This document shows positions 1 to 9,803 of a stretch of DNA of 30,366 nt, piece after piece. A model generated the notes under the pieces. It made no database searches. It was not told the DNA's origin and saw only the letters and a program-made list of their open reading frames with translations. The stretch lies in NCBI GenBank assembly GCA_038219375.1, contig JBBRJL010000001.1, positions 1 through 30,366 of the forward strand, in the 5' to 3' direction. How positions within the stretch are numbered: position 1 is the first letter of the stretch; each line of letters opens with the position of its first letter. Made by a program: the position numbers and the translations under genes. The stretch comes from Chitinophagales bacterium (GTDB lineage: Bacteria; Bacteroidota; Bacteroidia; Chitinophagales; Saprospiraceae).

Positions 1-147
1 GCACATATGGAACAGACTTATCAGATTGGGAATGAACCAGTCACCATTGAGCACGATATTCAAGCACTCAAAGCAGGATATTATATCATTGAGTTCAAGA
101 ATTTGTCAAATGGAAGGCAATTATTCAAGAAATATGTGTTAAATTAG
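1..147 (+). CDS. 3' end of a secreted protein with a T9SS type-A C-terminal sorting domain (partial; not in ORF track)
   Basis: Frame 1 is open to TAG at 145-147: AHMEQTYQIGNEPVTIEHDIQALKAGYYIIEFKNLSNGRQLFKKYVLN. It matches the D-x-x-x-L-x-x-G-x-Y ... K-K-hydrophobic end pattern of Por secretion tails. Confidence 0.7.
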   Translation, partial: AHMEQTYQIGNEPVTIEHDIQALKAGYYIIEFKNLSNGRQLFKKYVLN

Positions 148-399
148 CCATATTTGTTACAAAAATTTAAATGTACCTAACACATAACGAATAGACTGCA
201 GTCAAAATCATATTTGGGAGTCTGATTTCTTTTTATGAAACGTAGTTAGACTTTTATACATTTAAATAATTGAATATGTTTTTGTGAAAAATTTATTTGA
301 GACGTCGAAAAAAGAGTTTTAAAAGTGGAACGCATTAAATTTCAACATTTTATTGAAAAAAATAATTCCAATTTCTACCTTTCATTAGGAAAATAATAA

Positions 400-407
400 T
401 ACCTTTG
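400..407 (+). promoter_or_regulatory. Bacteroidota sigma-70 -7 element for the str operon
   Basis: TACCTTTG(CG) matches TAnnTTTG, 66 nt upstream of the rpsL ATG; no clear -33 TTG at canonical spacing. Confidence 0.75.
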
Positions 408-473
408 CGTCTCTTTTTGAAGAAGCGTTGTTTTTCTTCGAGAAAATATCAAAATTTTATTAAATTTGCACAT

Positions 474-848
474 ATGCCAACTATAAATCAGTTAGTTAAA
501 AAAGGTAGGGAAAAAGTGGTGGTTGCCAGTAAGTCTAGAGCACTTGATTCATGCCCTCAGAAAAGAGGAGTTTGTACAAGGGTTTATACTACAACACCAA
601 AGAAACCAAACTCTGCACTTAGAAAAGTTGCCAAAGTAAGAATGACGAATGGTATCGAAGTGATTTGTTACATTCCTGGTGAAGGGCACAATTTACAAGA
701 ACACTCCATCGTACTAGTGAGAGGCGGAAGGGTAAAAGATCTTCCAGGTGTTAGATACACTATCGTGAGAGGTGCATTGGATACTGCTGGTGTGGCTAAG
801 AGGTTACAAAGCCGGTCAAAATATGGTGCAAAAGCGCCTAAGAAATAA
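474..848 (+). CDS. rpsL: 30S ribosomal protein S12
   Basis: MPTINQLV...[13 protein letters not shown]...[10 protein letters not shown]. The true start is ATG 474, not TTG 405. Confidence 0.99.
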   Translation: MPTINQLVKKGREKVVVASKSRALDSCPQKRGVCTRVYTTTPKKPNSALRKVAKVRMTNGIEVICYIPGEGHNLQEHSIVLVRGGRVKDLPGVRYTIVRGALDTAGVAKRLQSRSKYGAKAPKK

Positions 849-886
849 TATATCGTTTAAGATCATTATAATAATTTTATCGAAAG

Positions 887-1354
887 ATGAGAAAAAGAAA
901 ACCAAAAAAGAGAGTAATAGCACCAGATCCAAGATATGGCGATCCAATGGTTACTCAATTTGTAAACAACATGATGTGGGAAGGTAAGAAAAGTGTTTCT
1001 TACGCAATATTCTATGACGCTATGGATAAGATAGAAAGTAGAATAAGCGAAAACCCCCATGAAATATGGAAGAAAGCATTGGAAAATGTAATGCCAGCTG
1101 TTGAAGTAAGAAGCAAGAGAATCGGTGGTGCAACTTTCCAGATTCCTACCGAAATTAGACCTTCTAGAAGACTTTCTATTGGTATGAAGTGGGTGATCAG
1201 ATTTTCAAGGGCTAGAAGCGGAAAAGGAATGGCAGAAAAATTATCTGCAGAATTGATCGCAGCAAGCAAAGGTGAAGGTGCCGCAGTAAAAAGGAGAGAA
1301 GATACGCATAGAATGGCTGAAGCAAACAGAGCTTTCGCACACTTCAAAGCGTAA
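887..1354 (+). CDS. rpsG: 30S ribosomal protein S7
   Basis: PDPRYGD...VEVRSKRIGGATFQIP...HRMAEANRAFAHF; lies between rpsL and fusA. Confidence 0.99.
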   Translation: MRKRKPKKRVIAPDPRYGDPMVTQFVNNMMWEGKKSVSYAIFYDAMDKIESRISENPHEIWKKALENVMPAVEVRSKRIGGATFQIPTEIRPSRRLSIGMKWVIRFSRARSGKGMAEKLSAELIAASKGEGAAVKRREDTHRMAEANRAFAHFKA

Positions 1355-1413
1355 TCATACTTTTACTGAAGTTTTATTTTTTAATCGATCAATAAAATCT
1401 TATAACCATAATC

Positions 1414-3573
1414 ATGGCAAAGGATCTTAAATTTACCAGAAATATTGGTATAGCTGCGCACATAGATGCAGGTAAAACGACCACTACTGAGCGTATTCTT
1501 TATTATACAGGAATAAGCCACAAAATAGGTGAAGTTCATGATGGCGCTGCTACCATGGATTGGATGGAGCAGGAGCAAGAAAGAGGTATTACCATTACTT
1601 CTGCAGCTACTACTTGTAGCTGGAGTTATCCTACTATACAAGGCAAGCCAACTGATGAAACACAACCATATCATTTTAACATCATTGATACTCCTGGTCA
1701 CGTCGATTTCACGGTCGAAGTAAACAGATCCTTGAGAGTTTTGGATGGTCTTGTATTCTTATTTAGTGCAGTAGATGGTGTTGAACCACAGTCTGAAACT
1801 AACTGGAGACTTGCAGAAAGATACCGTGTACCAAGTATCGCTTTCGTTAACAAAATGGATAGATCTGGTGCAGATTTCTTTAATGTAGTAAACGATATAA
1901 AAGAAAAATTAGGTGCTAATGCTATTCCACTTCAAGTTCCAATCGGAGCAGAAGAGAAATTCAGAGGTGCTGTAGATTTGATTAGTAATGTTGCCATGGT
2001 ATGGAATGATGATGACCAAGGCATGACTTACAAAGAAATAGAAATTCCAGCCGACATCGCTGATACTGTCATTGAATATAGAGCAAAACTTATCGAGGCA
2101 GTAGCTGAGTATGATGTTGAATTAATGGAAAAGTTCTTTGAAGATCCTGATTCAATTACACAAGATGAAATTAAAGCAGCTGTTCGTACAGCAGTAATGG
2201 ATCTTGCATTTACTCCGGTAATGTGTGGTTCAGCTTTCAAAAATAAAGGTGTTCAAGCAGTTTTGGATGCGGTTTGTGCATTCTTACCATGTCCATTGGA
2301 TGTAGATGCTATTACTGGTATCAATCCGAAGACAGAGAAAGAAGAGCAAAGAAAACCATCCGTAAACGAGCCATTTGCAGCACTTGCTTTTAAAATCGCA
2401 ACTGACCCTTATGTAGGTAGGTTAGCATTTATGAGAGTTTATTCAGGTGGGTTGGATGCTGGTTCTTATGTTTTGAATACAAGATCTGGTAATAAAGAAA
2501 GAATTTCTCGTCTTTATCAAATGCATGCTAACAAGCAAAATGCTATTGATAGAGTAGAAGCGGGTGATATCGCAGCAGGAGTTGGATTTAAGGATATCCG
2601 TACTGGAGATACCTTATGTGACGAAAGCAAGCCTATCGTATTGGAAAGTATGGTATTCCCTGAACCAGTTATCGGTCTTGCGATTGAGCCTAAAACTCAG
2701 AAAGATCTTGATAGGCTAGGTATGGCATTAAACAAACTTTCTGAAGAAGATCCGACATTCAAAGTAAAGTATGACGAAGAAACCAACCAAACTGTAATCA
2801 GTGGGATGGGTGAGCTTCACTTGGAGATCATCGTTGACAGACTTAGAAGAGAATTCAAAGTTGAAGTTAATGAAGGTGCACCACAAGTAAATTACAAGGA
2901 AGCATTAACAGCTAGCGTAGAGCACACAGAAAGATTGAAAAAGCAATCGGGTGGTTCGGGTTTATTTGCACAGATGTCTTTTGAATTAGGACCTGCGGAT
3001 GAGAAGTTTTTGGAATCAGAAGATTTTAAATCTGGTAAAACGAAACTTCAGTTTGTTAATGATATTTTCGGTGGATCAGTACCTAAGGAATATTTTGCAT
3101 CAATCGTAAAGGGATTCACATCTATGATGGATAATGGTATCCTTGCTGGTTACCATATAGATAGTATGAAAGTAAGATTGTATGATGGTCAGACCCACGC
3201 AGTGGATTCAAAACCATTGGCTTTCGAATTGTGTGCAAAGGAAGGGTTTAAAGAAGCATCAAAGAAATGTAATCCCGTGTTACTTGAGCCTATTATGAAG
3301 TTGGAAGTAGTTTCTCCCGACGAGTATGTGGGTTCTGTGATAGGTGACCTTAACAGAAGAAGAGGATTACCAAAAGGTCAGGATACTAGGTCAGGTGGTG
3401 CCGTAGCAATACAAGCAGAAGTGCCTTTGGCAGAGATGTTTGGTTACGTGACGCAGCTTAGAACGATTACTTCAGGTAGAGCATCTAGTAGTATGGAGTT
3501 CAGTCACTTCTCACCAGCGCCTAAGGGAATAGCTGATGCAGTGATAGAAAAAGCAAAAGGTTCAAAAGTTTAG
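1414..3573 (+). CDS. fusA: Elongation factor G
   Basis: AHIDAGKTT (G1), ERGITI (G2), DTPGH (G3), NKMD (G4), GMGELHLE; 719 aa. Confidence 0.99.
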   Translation: MAKDLKFTRNIGIAAHIDAGKTTTTERILYYTGISHKIGEVHDGAATMDWMEQEQERGITITSAATTCSWSYPTIQGKPTDETQPYHFNIIDTPGHVDFTVEVNRSLRVLDGLVFLFSAVDGVEPQSETNWRLAERYRVPSIAFVNKMDRSGADFFNVVNDIKEKLGANAIPLQVPIGAEEKFRGAVDLISNVAMVWNDDDQGMTYKEIEIPADIADTVIEYRAKLIEAVAEYDVELMEKFFEDPDSITQDEIKAAVRTAVMDLAFTPVMCGSAFKNKGVQAVLDAVCAFLPCPLDVDAITGINPKTEKEEQRKPSVNEPFAALAFKIATDPYVGRLAFMRVYSGGLDAGSYVLNTRSGNKERISRLYQMHANKQNAIDRVEAGDIAAGVGFKDIRTGDTLCDESKPIVLESMVFPEPVIGLAIEPKTQKDLDRLGMALNKLSEEDPTFKVKYDEETNQTVISGMGELHLEIIVDRLRREFKVEVNEGAPQVNYKEALTASVEHTERLKKQSGGSGLFAQMSFELGPADEKFLESEDFKSGKTKLQFVNDIFGGSVPKEYFASIVKGFTSMMDNGILAGYHIDSMKVRLYDGQTHAVDSKPLAFELCAKEGFKEASKKCNPVLLEPIMKLEVVSPDEYVGSVIGDLNRRRGLPKGQDTRSGGAVAIQAEVPLAEMFGYVTQLRTITSGRASSSMEFSHFSPAPKGIADAVIEKAKGSKV

Positions 3574-3624
3574 AATTTTTTTTTAAAATAATGTTAAAAT
3601 ATTTTTTAATTAGGTAAAGATTAC

Positions 3625-3632
3625 TATCTTTG
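3625..3632 (+). promoter_or_regulatory. -7 promoter element for the S10 operon
   Basis: TATCTTTG(CG) 39 nt upstream of the rpsJ ATG in an AT-rich spacer. Confidence 0.75.
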
Positions 3633-3671
3633 CGCCCTCTTAAAAAATAGAGATAATAATAACAACAGGTC

Positions 3672-3980
3672 ATGAATCAAAAAATCAGGATAAAACTCCG
3701 TTCTTACGATCATAATTTAGTAGATAAAAGTACTGAAAAGATTGTTAAGACGGTTAAAAACAGCGGTGCTGTTATTTCCGGTCCGATTCCGCTGCCAACT
3801 GAGAAGGAAGTATTTACGGTATTGCGCTCCCCGCACGTAAATAAAAAATCTCGTGAGCAGTTCCAGCTAAGGACCCATAAAAGAGTCATCGAGATTTTTA
3901 CGCCTACCCAAAAGACGGTAGATGCACTTTCGAAGCTTGAGCTTCCAAGTGGTGTAGATATTCAGGTTAAACTCACTTAA
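3672..3980 (+). CDS. rpsJ: 30S ribosomal protein S10
   Basis: [11 protein letters not shown]...GPIPLPT...[13 protein letters not shown]. Confidence 0.99.
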   Translation: MNQKIRIKLRSYDHNLVDKSTEKIVKTVKNSGAVISGPIPLPTEKEVFTVLRSPHVNKKSREQFQLRTHKRVIEIFTPTQKTVDALSKLELPSGVDIQVKLT

Positions 3981-4068
3981 TCGCTGGATTTTATTTTTTA
4001 TTTTTAGATTCTGAAGTATTGAGGTACTAGACTCTAAAGTCTTATGTCTTTAGTTTAAAAATTTAATC

Positions 4069-4689
4069 ATGAACGGATTAATAGGAAAGAAAATTGGTAT
4101 GACCAGTATTTTCGATTCTGCTGGCAAGAATATTGCTTGCACAGTAATCGAAGCCCTACCTAATGTTGTCACTCAGGTGAAAACAAAGGAAATTGACGGA
4201 TACGATGCTATTCAGTTAGGATATGGTGAAGCGAAGGTAAAGAATACTTCGAAAGCGCTTTTAGGGCATTTTGATAAAGCAAATACTACACCTAAGCGTG
4301 AAGTGGTAGAATTCAGAGATTATCCTGTAGCCAAGGCGTTGGGTGAAGAGATCGCATTAACAGAAATCTTCACAGAAGGTGAGAAAGTAAGTGCTGTAGG
4401 TACATCCAAAGGTAAAGGTTTTCAGGGTGTCGTAAAGAGGCATCATTTTGCGGGTGTTGGACAAGCAACCCACGGTCAGCATAATAGACTTAGAGCTCCT
4501 GGTTCCATTGGTGCATCATCATGGCCTTCGAGAGTTTTTAAAGGAATTAAGATGGCTGGACGTATGGGCAATGATCGAGTCAAGACGAAGAATTTGAAAA
4601 TAGTAAAACTTTTACCGGAAGCAAATCTGATCCTTATTCAGGGTTCAGTACCGGGTCATAAAGGTTCTTTCATAATCATTGAAAAGTAA
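4069..4689 (+). CDS. rplC: 50S ribosomal protein L3
   Basis: [10 protein letters not shown]...[13 protein letters not shown]...RAPGSIG...KMAGRMG. Confidence 0.99.
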   Translation: MNGLIGKKIGMTSIFDSAGKNIACTVIEALPNVVTQVKTKEIDGYDAIQLGYGEAKVKNTSKALLGHFDKANTTPKREVVEFRDYPVAKALGEEIALTEIFTEGEKVSAVGTSKGKGFQGVVKRHHFAGVGQATHGQHNRLRAPGSIGASSWPSRVFKGIKMAGRMGNDRVKTKNLKIVKLLPEANLILIQGSVPGHKGSFIIIEK

Positions 4690-4694
4690 GGAAT

Positions 4695-5324
4695 ATGAAA
4701 CTCGATGTATTAAATATTCAAGGTAAAAGTACGGGTAGATCAATAGAGTTGCCTGAAGGTATCTTTGGGATAGAGCCCAATACTCATGCGGTTTATTTAG
4801 CTGTAAAGCAATTTAATGCTGCTCAGAGACAAGGTACACACAAATCCAAAGAGAAGTGGGAAATATCTCGCTCAACTAAAAAGATTAAGAAACAAAAGGG
4901 TACTGGTACGGCAAGAGCGGGTTCTGCAAAGAGTCCTGTCTTCAGAGGTGGTGGTAGAACTTTCGGGCCAGAGCCTCGTAACTATACCTTTAAGTTAAAT
5001 AAAAAGGTAAAAGAACTTGCACGTTATTCTGCATTTTCTGATAAGGTTGCAAACACATCATTGATCGTAGTTGAAGACTTTAGTTTCGCTTCACCTAATA
5101 CTAAAGAGTACATGAAAGTGCTTACAAGTCTTGATGTGACGGGCAAATCTATATTACTTACTTCTGATTACAACAATAATGTATTTTTAAGTAGCAGAAA
5201 TTTACCGAAGGCTAAAGTGGTGAATGTTAAAGATGTGAATACTTATGAGCTTATAAATGCTGATATTTGTATTATTTCTGAAAATTCAGTGAATCAGTTG
5301 AAAGCTTCTTTCGAACAACAATAA
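4695..5324 (+). CDS. rplD: 50S ribosomal protein L4
   Basis: RQGTHKSK...KQKGTGTARAGS...FRGGGRTFGP. Confidence 0.99.
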   Translation: MKLDVLNIQGKSTGRSIELPEGIFGIEPNTHAVYLAVKQFNAAQRQGTHKSKEKWEISRSTKKIKKQKGTGTARAGSAKSPVFRGGGRTFGPEPRNYTFKLNKKVKELARYSAFSDKVANTSLIVVEDFSFASPNTKEYMKVLTSLDVTGKSILLTSDYNNNVFLSSRNLPKAKVVNVKDVNTYELINADICIISENSVNQLKASFEQQ

Positions 5325-5336
5325 AATTGATCCGAG

Positions 5337-5639
5337 ATGTCAAATAATATTTTAATAAAACCAATCATATCTGAGAAATCAGAAAAATTGACAGGAAAGG
5401 TTAATCAATACACCTTTATAGTAGACAAGAAGGCGAATAAAATCGAAATCAAGAAGGCTGTAGAGTTGATGTTTACCACAAATGTGATAGCGGTGAATAC
5501 AGTAGTTATGCCAGCTAAACTAAAGTCAAGAAATACTAGATCAGGTGTAATTAAAGGAAGGGTAAGTGCTTACAAGAAAGCATATGTGACGCTTGCTGAA
5601 GGTGAAGAACTTGACATTTACGGAAGTTCTGAAGATTAA
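5337..5639 (+). CDS. rplW: 50S ribosomal protein L23
   Basis: IKPIISEKS...KANKIEIKKAVE...YKKAYVTL. Confidence 0.98.
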   Translation: MSNNILIKPIISEKSEKLTGKVNQYTFIVDKKANKIEIKKAVELMFTTNVIAVNTVVMPAKLKSRNTRSGVIKGRVSAYKKAYVTLAEGEELDIYGSSED

Positions 5640-5666
5640 TAGCTTAAACAGTTAAAAGCAAAAGAA

Positions 5667-6491
5667 ATGGCAATTAAAAAGTTTAATCCAATCACTCCGG
5701 GCTTACGTCAGAAAGTTAATGTAAGTTATGCTGAGATAACAACAAATGTTCCTGAAAAGAGCCTTACAGTTGGTATTCACAAAAGTGGTGGTAGAAATCA
5801 TGACGGTAAGATGACCATGCGCCAAATAGGTGGTGGTAATAAAAAGAGATATAGAATTATCGACTTCAAGAGAGATAAGGAAGGGATTCCTGCTAAAGTG
5901 TCTTCTATTGAATACGATCCAAATAGATCTGCATTTATAGCACTGTTAGTTTATGCTGACGGTGAGAAGAGGTATATAATAGCTCCGGACAAGATTAAGG
6001 TAGGTGATGCAATTATGTCTGGTAAGACGGCAACGCCTGATAACGGTAATGCATTATATTTTTCTGAAATCCCATTGGGTTCTGATATACACGCTATTGA
6101 AATGGCGCCTGGTAAGGGAGCCGCTTTAGCTAGGAGTGCGGGTACTTACTGCACTATGATGGGCAGAGAAGGTAAATATGCAATTGTTAAATTACCATCA
6201 GGTGAAGTAAGAAGAGTATTATTGACTTGTAAAGCAGTTATGGGTAGAGCATCTAACCCAGATCACGGTCAAGAAGTGTTTGGTAAAGCAGGTAAGACAC
6301 GATGGTTGGGTAAGAGGTCTAGAGTTAGAGGTGTAGCGATGAATCCTGTAGATCACCCGATGGGTGGTGGTGAAGGTAGAGCATCTGGAGGTCACCCTAG
6401 GTCTAGAACTGGTATCATGGCGAAAGGACAAAAAACCAGAGATGTTAACAAAGCATCTTCAAGGTTAATCATATCTAAACGTAAGAAGTAA
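5667..6491 (+). CDS. rplB: 50S ribosomal protein L2
   Basis: SGGRNHDG...IEYDPNRSA...[17 protein letters not shown]. Confidence 0.99.
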   Translation: MAIKKFNPITPGLRQKVNVSYAEITTNVPEKSLTVGIHKSGGRNHDGKMTMRQIGGGNKKRYRIIDFKRDKEGIPAKVSSIEYDPNRSAFIALLVYADGEKRYIIAPDKIKVGDAIMSGKTATPDNGNALYFSEIPLGSDIHAIEMAPGKGAALARSAGTYCTMMGREGKYAIVKLPSGEVRRVLLTCKAVMGRASNPDHGQEVFGKAGKTRWLGKRSRVRGVAMNPVDHPMGGGEGRASGGHPRSRTGIMAKGQKTRDVNKASSRLIISKRKK

Positions 6492-6511
6492 CAAAGTAAT
6501 ATAATAGCATT

Positions 6512-6775
6512 ATGGCTAGATCAATTAAAAAGGGACCTTATATTCATTTTAAGCTTTTAGAAAAAGTAGTAAAAGCTGGTGAATCTAATAAAAAAACAGT
6601 TATAAAAACTTGGTCGCGTGCATCAATGATTATTCCTGATATGATAGGGCTTACCATGGCAGTTCATAATGGTAAAACATTTGTGCCTGTTTTCGTGACA
6701 GAAAATATGGTTGGTCATAAGTTAGGGGAGTTTTCACCAACACGTACCTTTAGGGGACACGGCGGTAAGAAATAA
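6512..6775 (+). CDS. rpsS: 30S ribosomal protein S19
   Basis: [10 protein letters not shown]...KTWSRAS...[11 protein letters not shown]. Confidence 0.99.
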   Translation: MARSIKKGPYIHFKLLEKVVKAGESNKKTVIKTWSRASMIIPDMIGLTMAVHNGKTFVPVFVTENMVGHKLGEFSPTRTFRGHGGKK

Positions 6776-6814
6776 TATTAATAAAGTTAAGCGAATCGCA
6801 TAAATATATTTAGA

Positions 6815-7171
6815 ATGGAGGCACTTGCGAGATTAAGGAATTGTCCTATGTCAGCCCGAAAGATGAGGTTGGTAGTAGATAACATAAGAGGTAAATCAGT
6901 AGATGATGCACTGAATATCCTTAAGTTTACTAATAAGGAAGCAGCAATATGGTTGGAAAAGGTAGTTTTATCTGCTATATCTAACTGGGCTAATAAGTCG
7001 GAGTCACTTAGTCCTGAGGATTATAAGCTCTTTATCAAAACTGCTTTCGTAGATGGAGGTCCTGTTTTAAAGAGATTTAGACCTGCACCGCATGGTAGAG
7101 CTCATAGGATAAGAAAGCGTATGAACCATGTAACAATTGTGGTGGAGAATAAAGTAAAAATTGAAGAATAA
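6815..7171 (+). CDS. rplV: 50S ribosomal protein L22
   Basis: SARKMRLVVDNIRGK...VDGGPVLKRFRPAPHGRAHRIRKR. Confidence 0.99.
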   Translation: MEALARLRNCPMSARKMRLVVDNIRGKSVDDALNILKFTNKEAAIWLEKVVLSAISNWANKSESLSPEDYKLFIKTAFVDGGPVLKRFRPAPHGRAHRIRKRMNHVTIVVENKVKIEE

Positions 7172-7194
7172 ATAATTAATAAAACATCAGTTTC

Positions 7195-8022
7195 ATGGGT
7201 CAAAAGACAAATCCAATAGGTAACAGACTAGGCATCATCAGAGGATGGGATTCTAGTTGGTTTGGTGGAAAAGAGTTTGGTCAAAAGGTAGTTGAAGACG
7301 AACAAATAAGAGTTTATTTACATGCTCGTATTCAGAAGGGTGGGATCTCAAAGATAGTAATAGAGAGAACACTCAAGAGAGTTACCGTGACTATTCATAC
7401 TTCTAGGCCTGGTATTATTATTGGAAAGGGTGGACAGGAAGTTGATCGTGTAAAAGAAGAATTAAAGAAGTTAACTTCTAAAGATGTTCAGATCAATATC
7501 ATCGAAATCAGGAAACCTGAGATGGATGCAGCTATAGTTGGAGAGACCATTGCTAAACAGATTGAGTCTAGAATTAATTATAAGAGGGCAATAAAGATGG
7601 CTATTCAGGCGGCTATGAGAGCTGGTGCTGAAGGTATCAAGGTAAGAGCAAGTGGTAGATTGAATGGTGCTGAGATGGCTCGTAGCGAAGAATTCAAAGA
7701 CGGTAGAACGCCTTTGCATACTTTTAGAGCTGATATAGATTATGCTATTAAGGAGTCACTTACTGTGTATGGTAAGATAGGTATTAAAGTGTGGATCTGT
7801 AAAGGTGAAGTACTAGAGAAGAGAGATTTGTCACCAAATGCAAACGTAGGAAAAGGAAACTCTGAAGGTGGTTTCAGTTCTGACAGTCGTGGTGGTGATA
7901 GAGGTGGAAACGATCGTAGAGGCGGTGGTAATGATAGAAGAGGTGGTAATGATCGTAGAGGCGGTGGAAACGACCGTGGAGGAGATAGAACTGGAGGCGG
8001 AGATCGCAATAAAAAAAGATAA
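7195..8022 (+). CDS. rpsC: 30S ribosomal protein S3 with Gly/Arg/Asp/Asn-rich C-terminal tail
   Basis: [14 protein letters not shown]...[12 protein letters not shown]...[14 protein letters not shown]...GKIGIKVWI, then a low-complexity tail. Confidence 0.99.
   Translation: MGQKTNPIGNRLGIIRGWDSSWFGGKEFGQKVVEDEQIRVYLHARIQKGGISKIVIERTLKRVTVTIHTSRPGIIIGKGGQEVDRVKEELKKLTSKDVQINIIEIRKPEMDAAIVGETIAKQIESRINYKRAIKMAIQAAMRAGAEGIKVRASGRLNGAEMARSEEFKDGRTPLHTFRADIDYAIKESLTVYGKIGIKVWICKGEVLEKRDLSPNANVGKGNSEGGFSSDSRGGDRGGNDRRGGGNDRRGGNDRRGGGNDRGGDRTGGGDRNKKR
7888..8007 (+). repeat. Coding tandem repeat (G)GGNDRR x about 4 plus RGGD units in the S3 tail
   Basis: Protein [40 protein letters not shown]; synonymous codons differ between units. 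Confidence 0.9.
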
Positions 8023-8044
8023 GCATTAATTTGTAAAAATGTAT

Positions 8045-8052
8045 TACCTTTG
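8045..8052 (+). promoter_or_regulatory. Internal -7 promoter element between rpsC and rplP
   Basis: TACCTTTG(CG), identical over 10 nt to the str promoter, in a 72-nt spacer. Confidence 0.65.
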
Positions 8053-8094
8053 CGCCACTTTTGGAATAGGGTAGTTATTTAAATATTAAAAGAT

Positions 8095-8514
8095 ATGTTA
8101 CAACCAAAAAGAACGAAGTACAGGAAGCAGCATAAGATGAAAACCAAAGGTATCGCTATCAAAGGTGGTACTATATCGTTCGGTTCCTTTGCACTTAAGT
8201 CCTTGGATATTGGTAGAATAACCAACCGACAGTTGGAATCTGCTAGGATAGCGATGACTCGTTATATGAAGAGGGAAGGAAAAGTTTGGATAAGGATATT
8301 TCCAGACAAACCTATCACTAAGAAACCGCAGGAGGTTCGTATGGGTAAGGGAAAAGGTCCCTTAGATCACTGGGTAGCAGTGGTCAAGCCTGGTAAAATA
8401 ATGTTCGAAATCGATGGTGTTCCTTCTGAGATTGCAGTAGAGGCATTAAGATTGGCGGCTCAAAAGTTACCAGTTCAAACAAAGACGGTTGTAAGGGTAG
8501 ATTATAGCGAATAA
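8095..8514 (+). CDS. rplP: 50S ribosomal protein L16
   Basis: [13 protein letters not shown]...[22 protein letters not shown]. Confidence 0.99.
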   Translation: MLQPKRTKYRKQHKMKTKGIAIKGGTISFGSFALKSLDIGRITNRQLESARIAMTRYMKREGKVWIRIFPDKPITKKPQEVRMGKGKGPLDHWVAVVKPGKIMFEIDGVPSEIAVEALRLAAQKLPVQTKTVVRVDYSE

Positions 8515-8530
8515 TAAAAGTATAGATGAC

Positions 8531-8785
8531 ATGGCATCAAAGAAATTTATAGAGCTTCAAGGTATGACAGTAGAGTCAATCCATGAAGAGTTAAAGCAAG
8601 CACAGTCTGATTTAGGTAGGATGATGTTTGATCACGGTTCAAAAGGGTTAGAAAATCCTTTAATGCTTGGTGAAACTAAAAAAGATATCGCCAGATTGAA
8701 GACAGAACTCAGGTCAAGAGAGGTTAAAGCAATGTCGCCAGAAGCTTTAGCTAAGAGATCTAGAATGAGATTAAGAAGAAAGTAA
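8531..8785 (+). CDS. rpmC: 50S ribosomal protein L29 with basic C-terminal extension
   Basis: LENP...KKDIARLKTELR core; position between rplP and rpsQ. Confidence 0.95.
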   Translation: MASKKFIELQGMTVESIHEELKQAQSDLGRMMFDHGSKGLENPLMLGETKKDIARLKTELRSREVKAMSPEALAKRSRMRLRRK

Positions 8786-8807
8786 TAACTTATAAAATTT
8801 AAGTCCA

Positions 8808-9065
8808 ATGACTGACAATTTATTAAATAAAGTAAGAATAGGTGTGGTAGCCAGCTCAAAGATGGATAAAACAGTTACTGTTTTGATCGAGAGAAAATTG
8901 AAGCACCCTATTTATGGGAAATTCGTTAAGAAGTCCAAGAAGTTTTTTGTCCATGACGAAAAAAATGAATGTACCGAAGGCGATACTGTAAAAATAACAG
9001 AGACTAGACCTATCAGCAAGAATAAGAGCTGGAGATTAGTTGAAATTTTAGAAAAAGCGAAATAA
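8808..9065 (+). CDS. rpsQ: 30S ribosomal protein S17
   Basis: [14 protein letters not shown]...HPIYGK...[13 protein letters not shown]. Confidence 0.99.
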   Translation: MTDNLLNKVRIGVVASSKMDKTVTVLIERKLKHPIYGKFVKKSKKFFVHDEKNECTEGDTVKITETRPISKNKSWRLVEILEKAK

Positions 9066-9084
9066 CTAATAAATATAATTAGTC

Positions 9085-9450
9085 ATGATCCAACAAGAGT
9101 CGAGATTAAAGGTAGCTGACAATAGTGGTGCGAAGGAGGTCCTTTGTATCAGGGTACTAGGTGGTACTCGTAGAAGGTATGCTTCTGTCGGGGATAAAAT
9201 TGTGGTAGCTGTTAAATCTGCTACCCCTAATGGTATCAAGAAGGGTACGGTTACAAAAGCAGTAATTGTGCGTACTTCGAAGGAAATCAGAAGGAAAGAC
9301 GGTTCGTACATCAGGTTTGATGACAATGCAGTAGTATTGTTGAATGCAGCTGATGAGCCGAGGGGTTCTAGGATTTTTGGGCCTGTTGCGAGAGAGTTAA
9401 GAGATCGTGATTATATGCGTATTGTTTCATTGGCACCAGAAGTGCTATAA
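9085..9450 (+). CDS. rplN: 50S ribosomal protein L14
   Basis: [17 protein letters not shown]...FDDNAVV...[12 protein letters not shown]...SLAPEVL. Confidence 0.99.
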   Translation: MIQQESRLKVADNSGAKEVLCIRVLGGTRRRYASVGDKIVVAVKSATPNGIKKGTVTKAVIVRTSKEIRRKDGSYIRFDDNAVVLLNAADEPRGSRIFGPVARELRDRDYMRIVSLAPEVL

Positions 9451-9467
9451 TCTTTAAATTTAGTAAT

Positions 9468-9803
9468 ATGCCTACTTCAAAACGTTTCGCTCCTAAATTG
9501 AGCATTAAAAAGGGTGATAAAGTACAAATTATAGCTGGCTCTAATAAAGGGGAGTCTGGTGAGGTTAAGCAAGTATTCCCAAAATTAAATAGGGCAATTG
9601 TTGACGGACTTAATTTAGTAAAGAAACATACTAAAGCCACGCAGGATAACCCTGGTGGTATAAACGAAATCGAATCTCCTATACATATCTCTAACCTTAT
9701 GGTTATTGATCCTACATCAGGTAAGCCTACTAGAATAGGTCGTAAATTGGTGGATGGCAAATTAGTGAGGTTTTCTAAAAAATCAGGTGAAATTATCAAG
9801 TAA
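9468..9803 (+). CDS. rplX: 50S ribosomal protein L24
   Basis: [16 protein letters not shown] (KOW)...ESPIHISN; short N-terminal extension [10 protein letters not shown]. Confidence 0.98.
   Translation: MPTSKRFAPKLSIKKGDKVQIIAGSNKGESGEVKQVFPKLNRAIVDGLNLVKKHTKATQDNPGGINEIESPIHISNLMVIDPTSGKPTRIGRKLVDGKLVRFSKKSGEIIK

Noticed and set aside
196-205. Palindrome GACTGCAGTC upstream of the str promoter
   Set aside because: Short, isolated and far from the promoter.
405-473. 23-aa N-terminal extension of S12 in the ORF track (TTG start)
   Set aside because: The TTG is part of the TACCTTTG promoter box; S12 canonically begins MPTI at ATG 474.
1372-1397. TTTTATT/AATAAAA hairpin in the rpsG-fusA spacer
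   Set aside because: All-AT 7-bp stem with a large loop; too weak to call.
7740-8009. Pro-rich antisense ORF (PPPLRS repeats)
   Set aside because: Reverse complement of the GGNDRR tail of rpsC.
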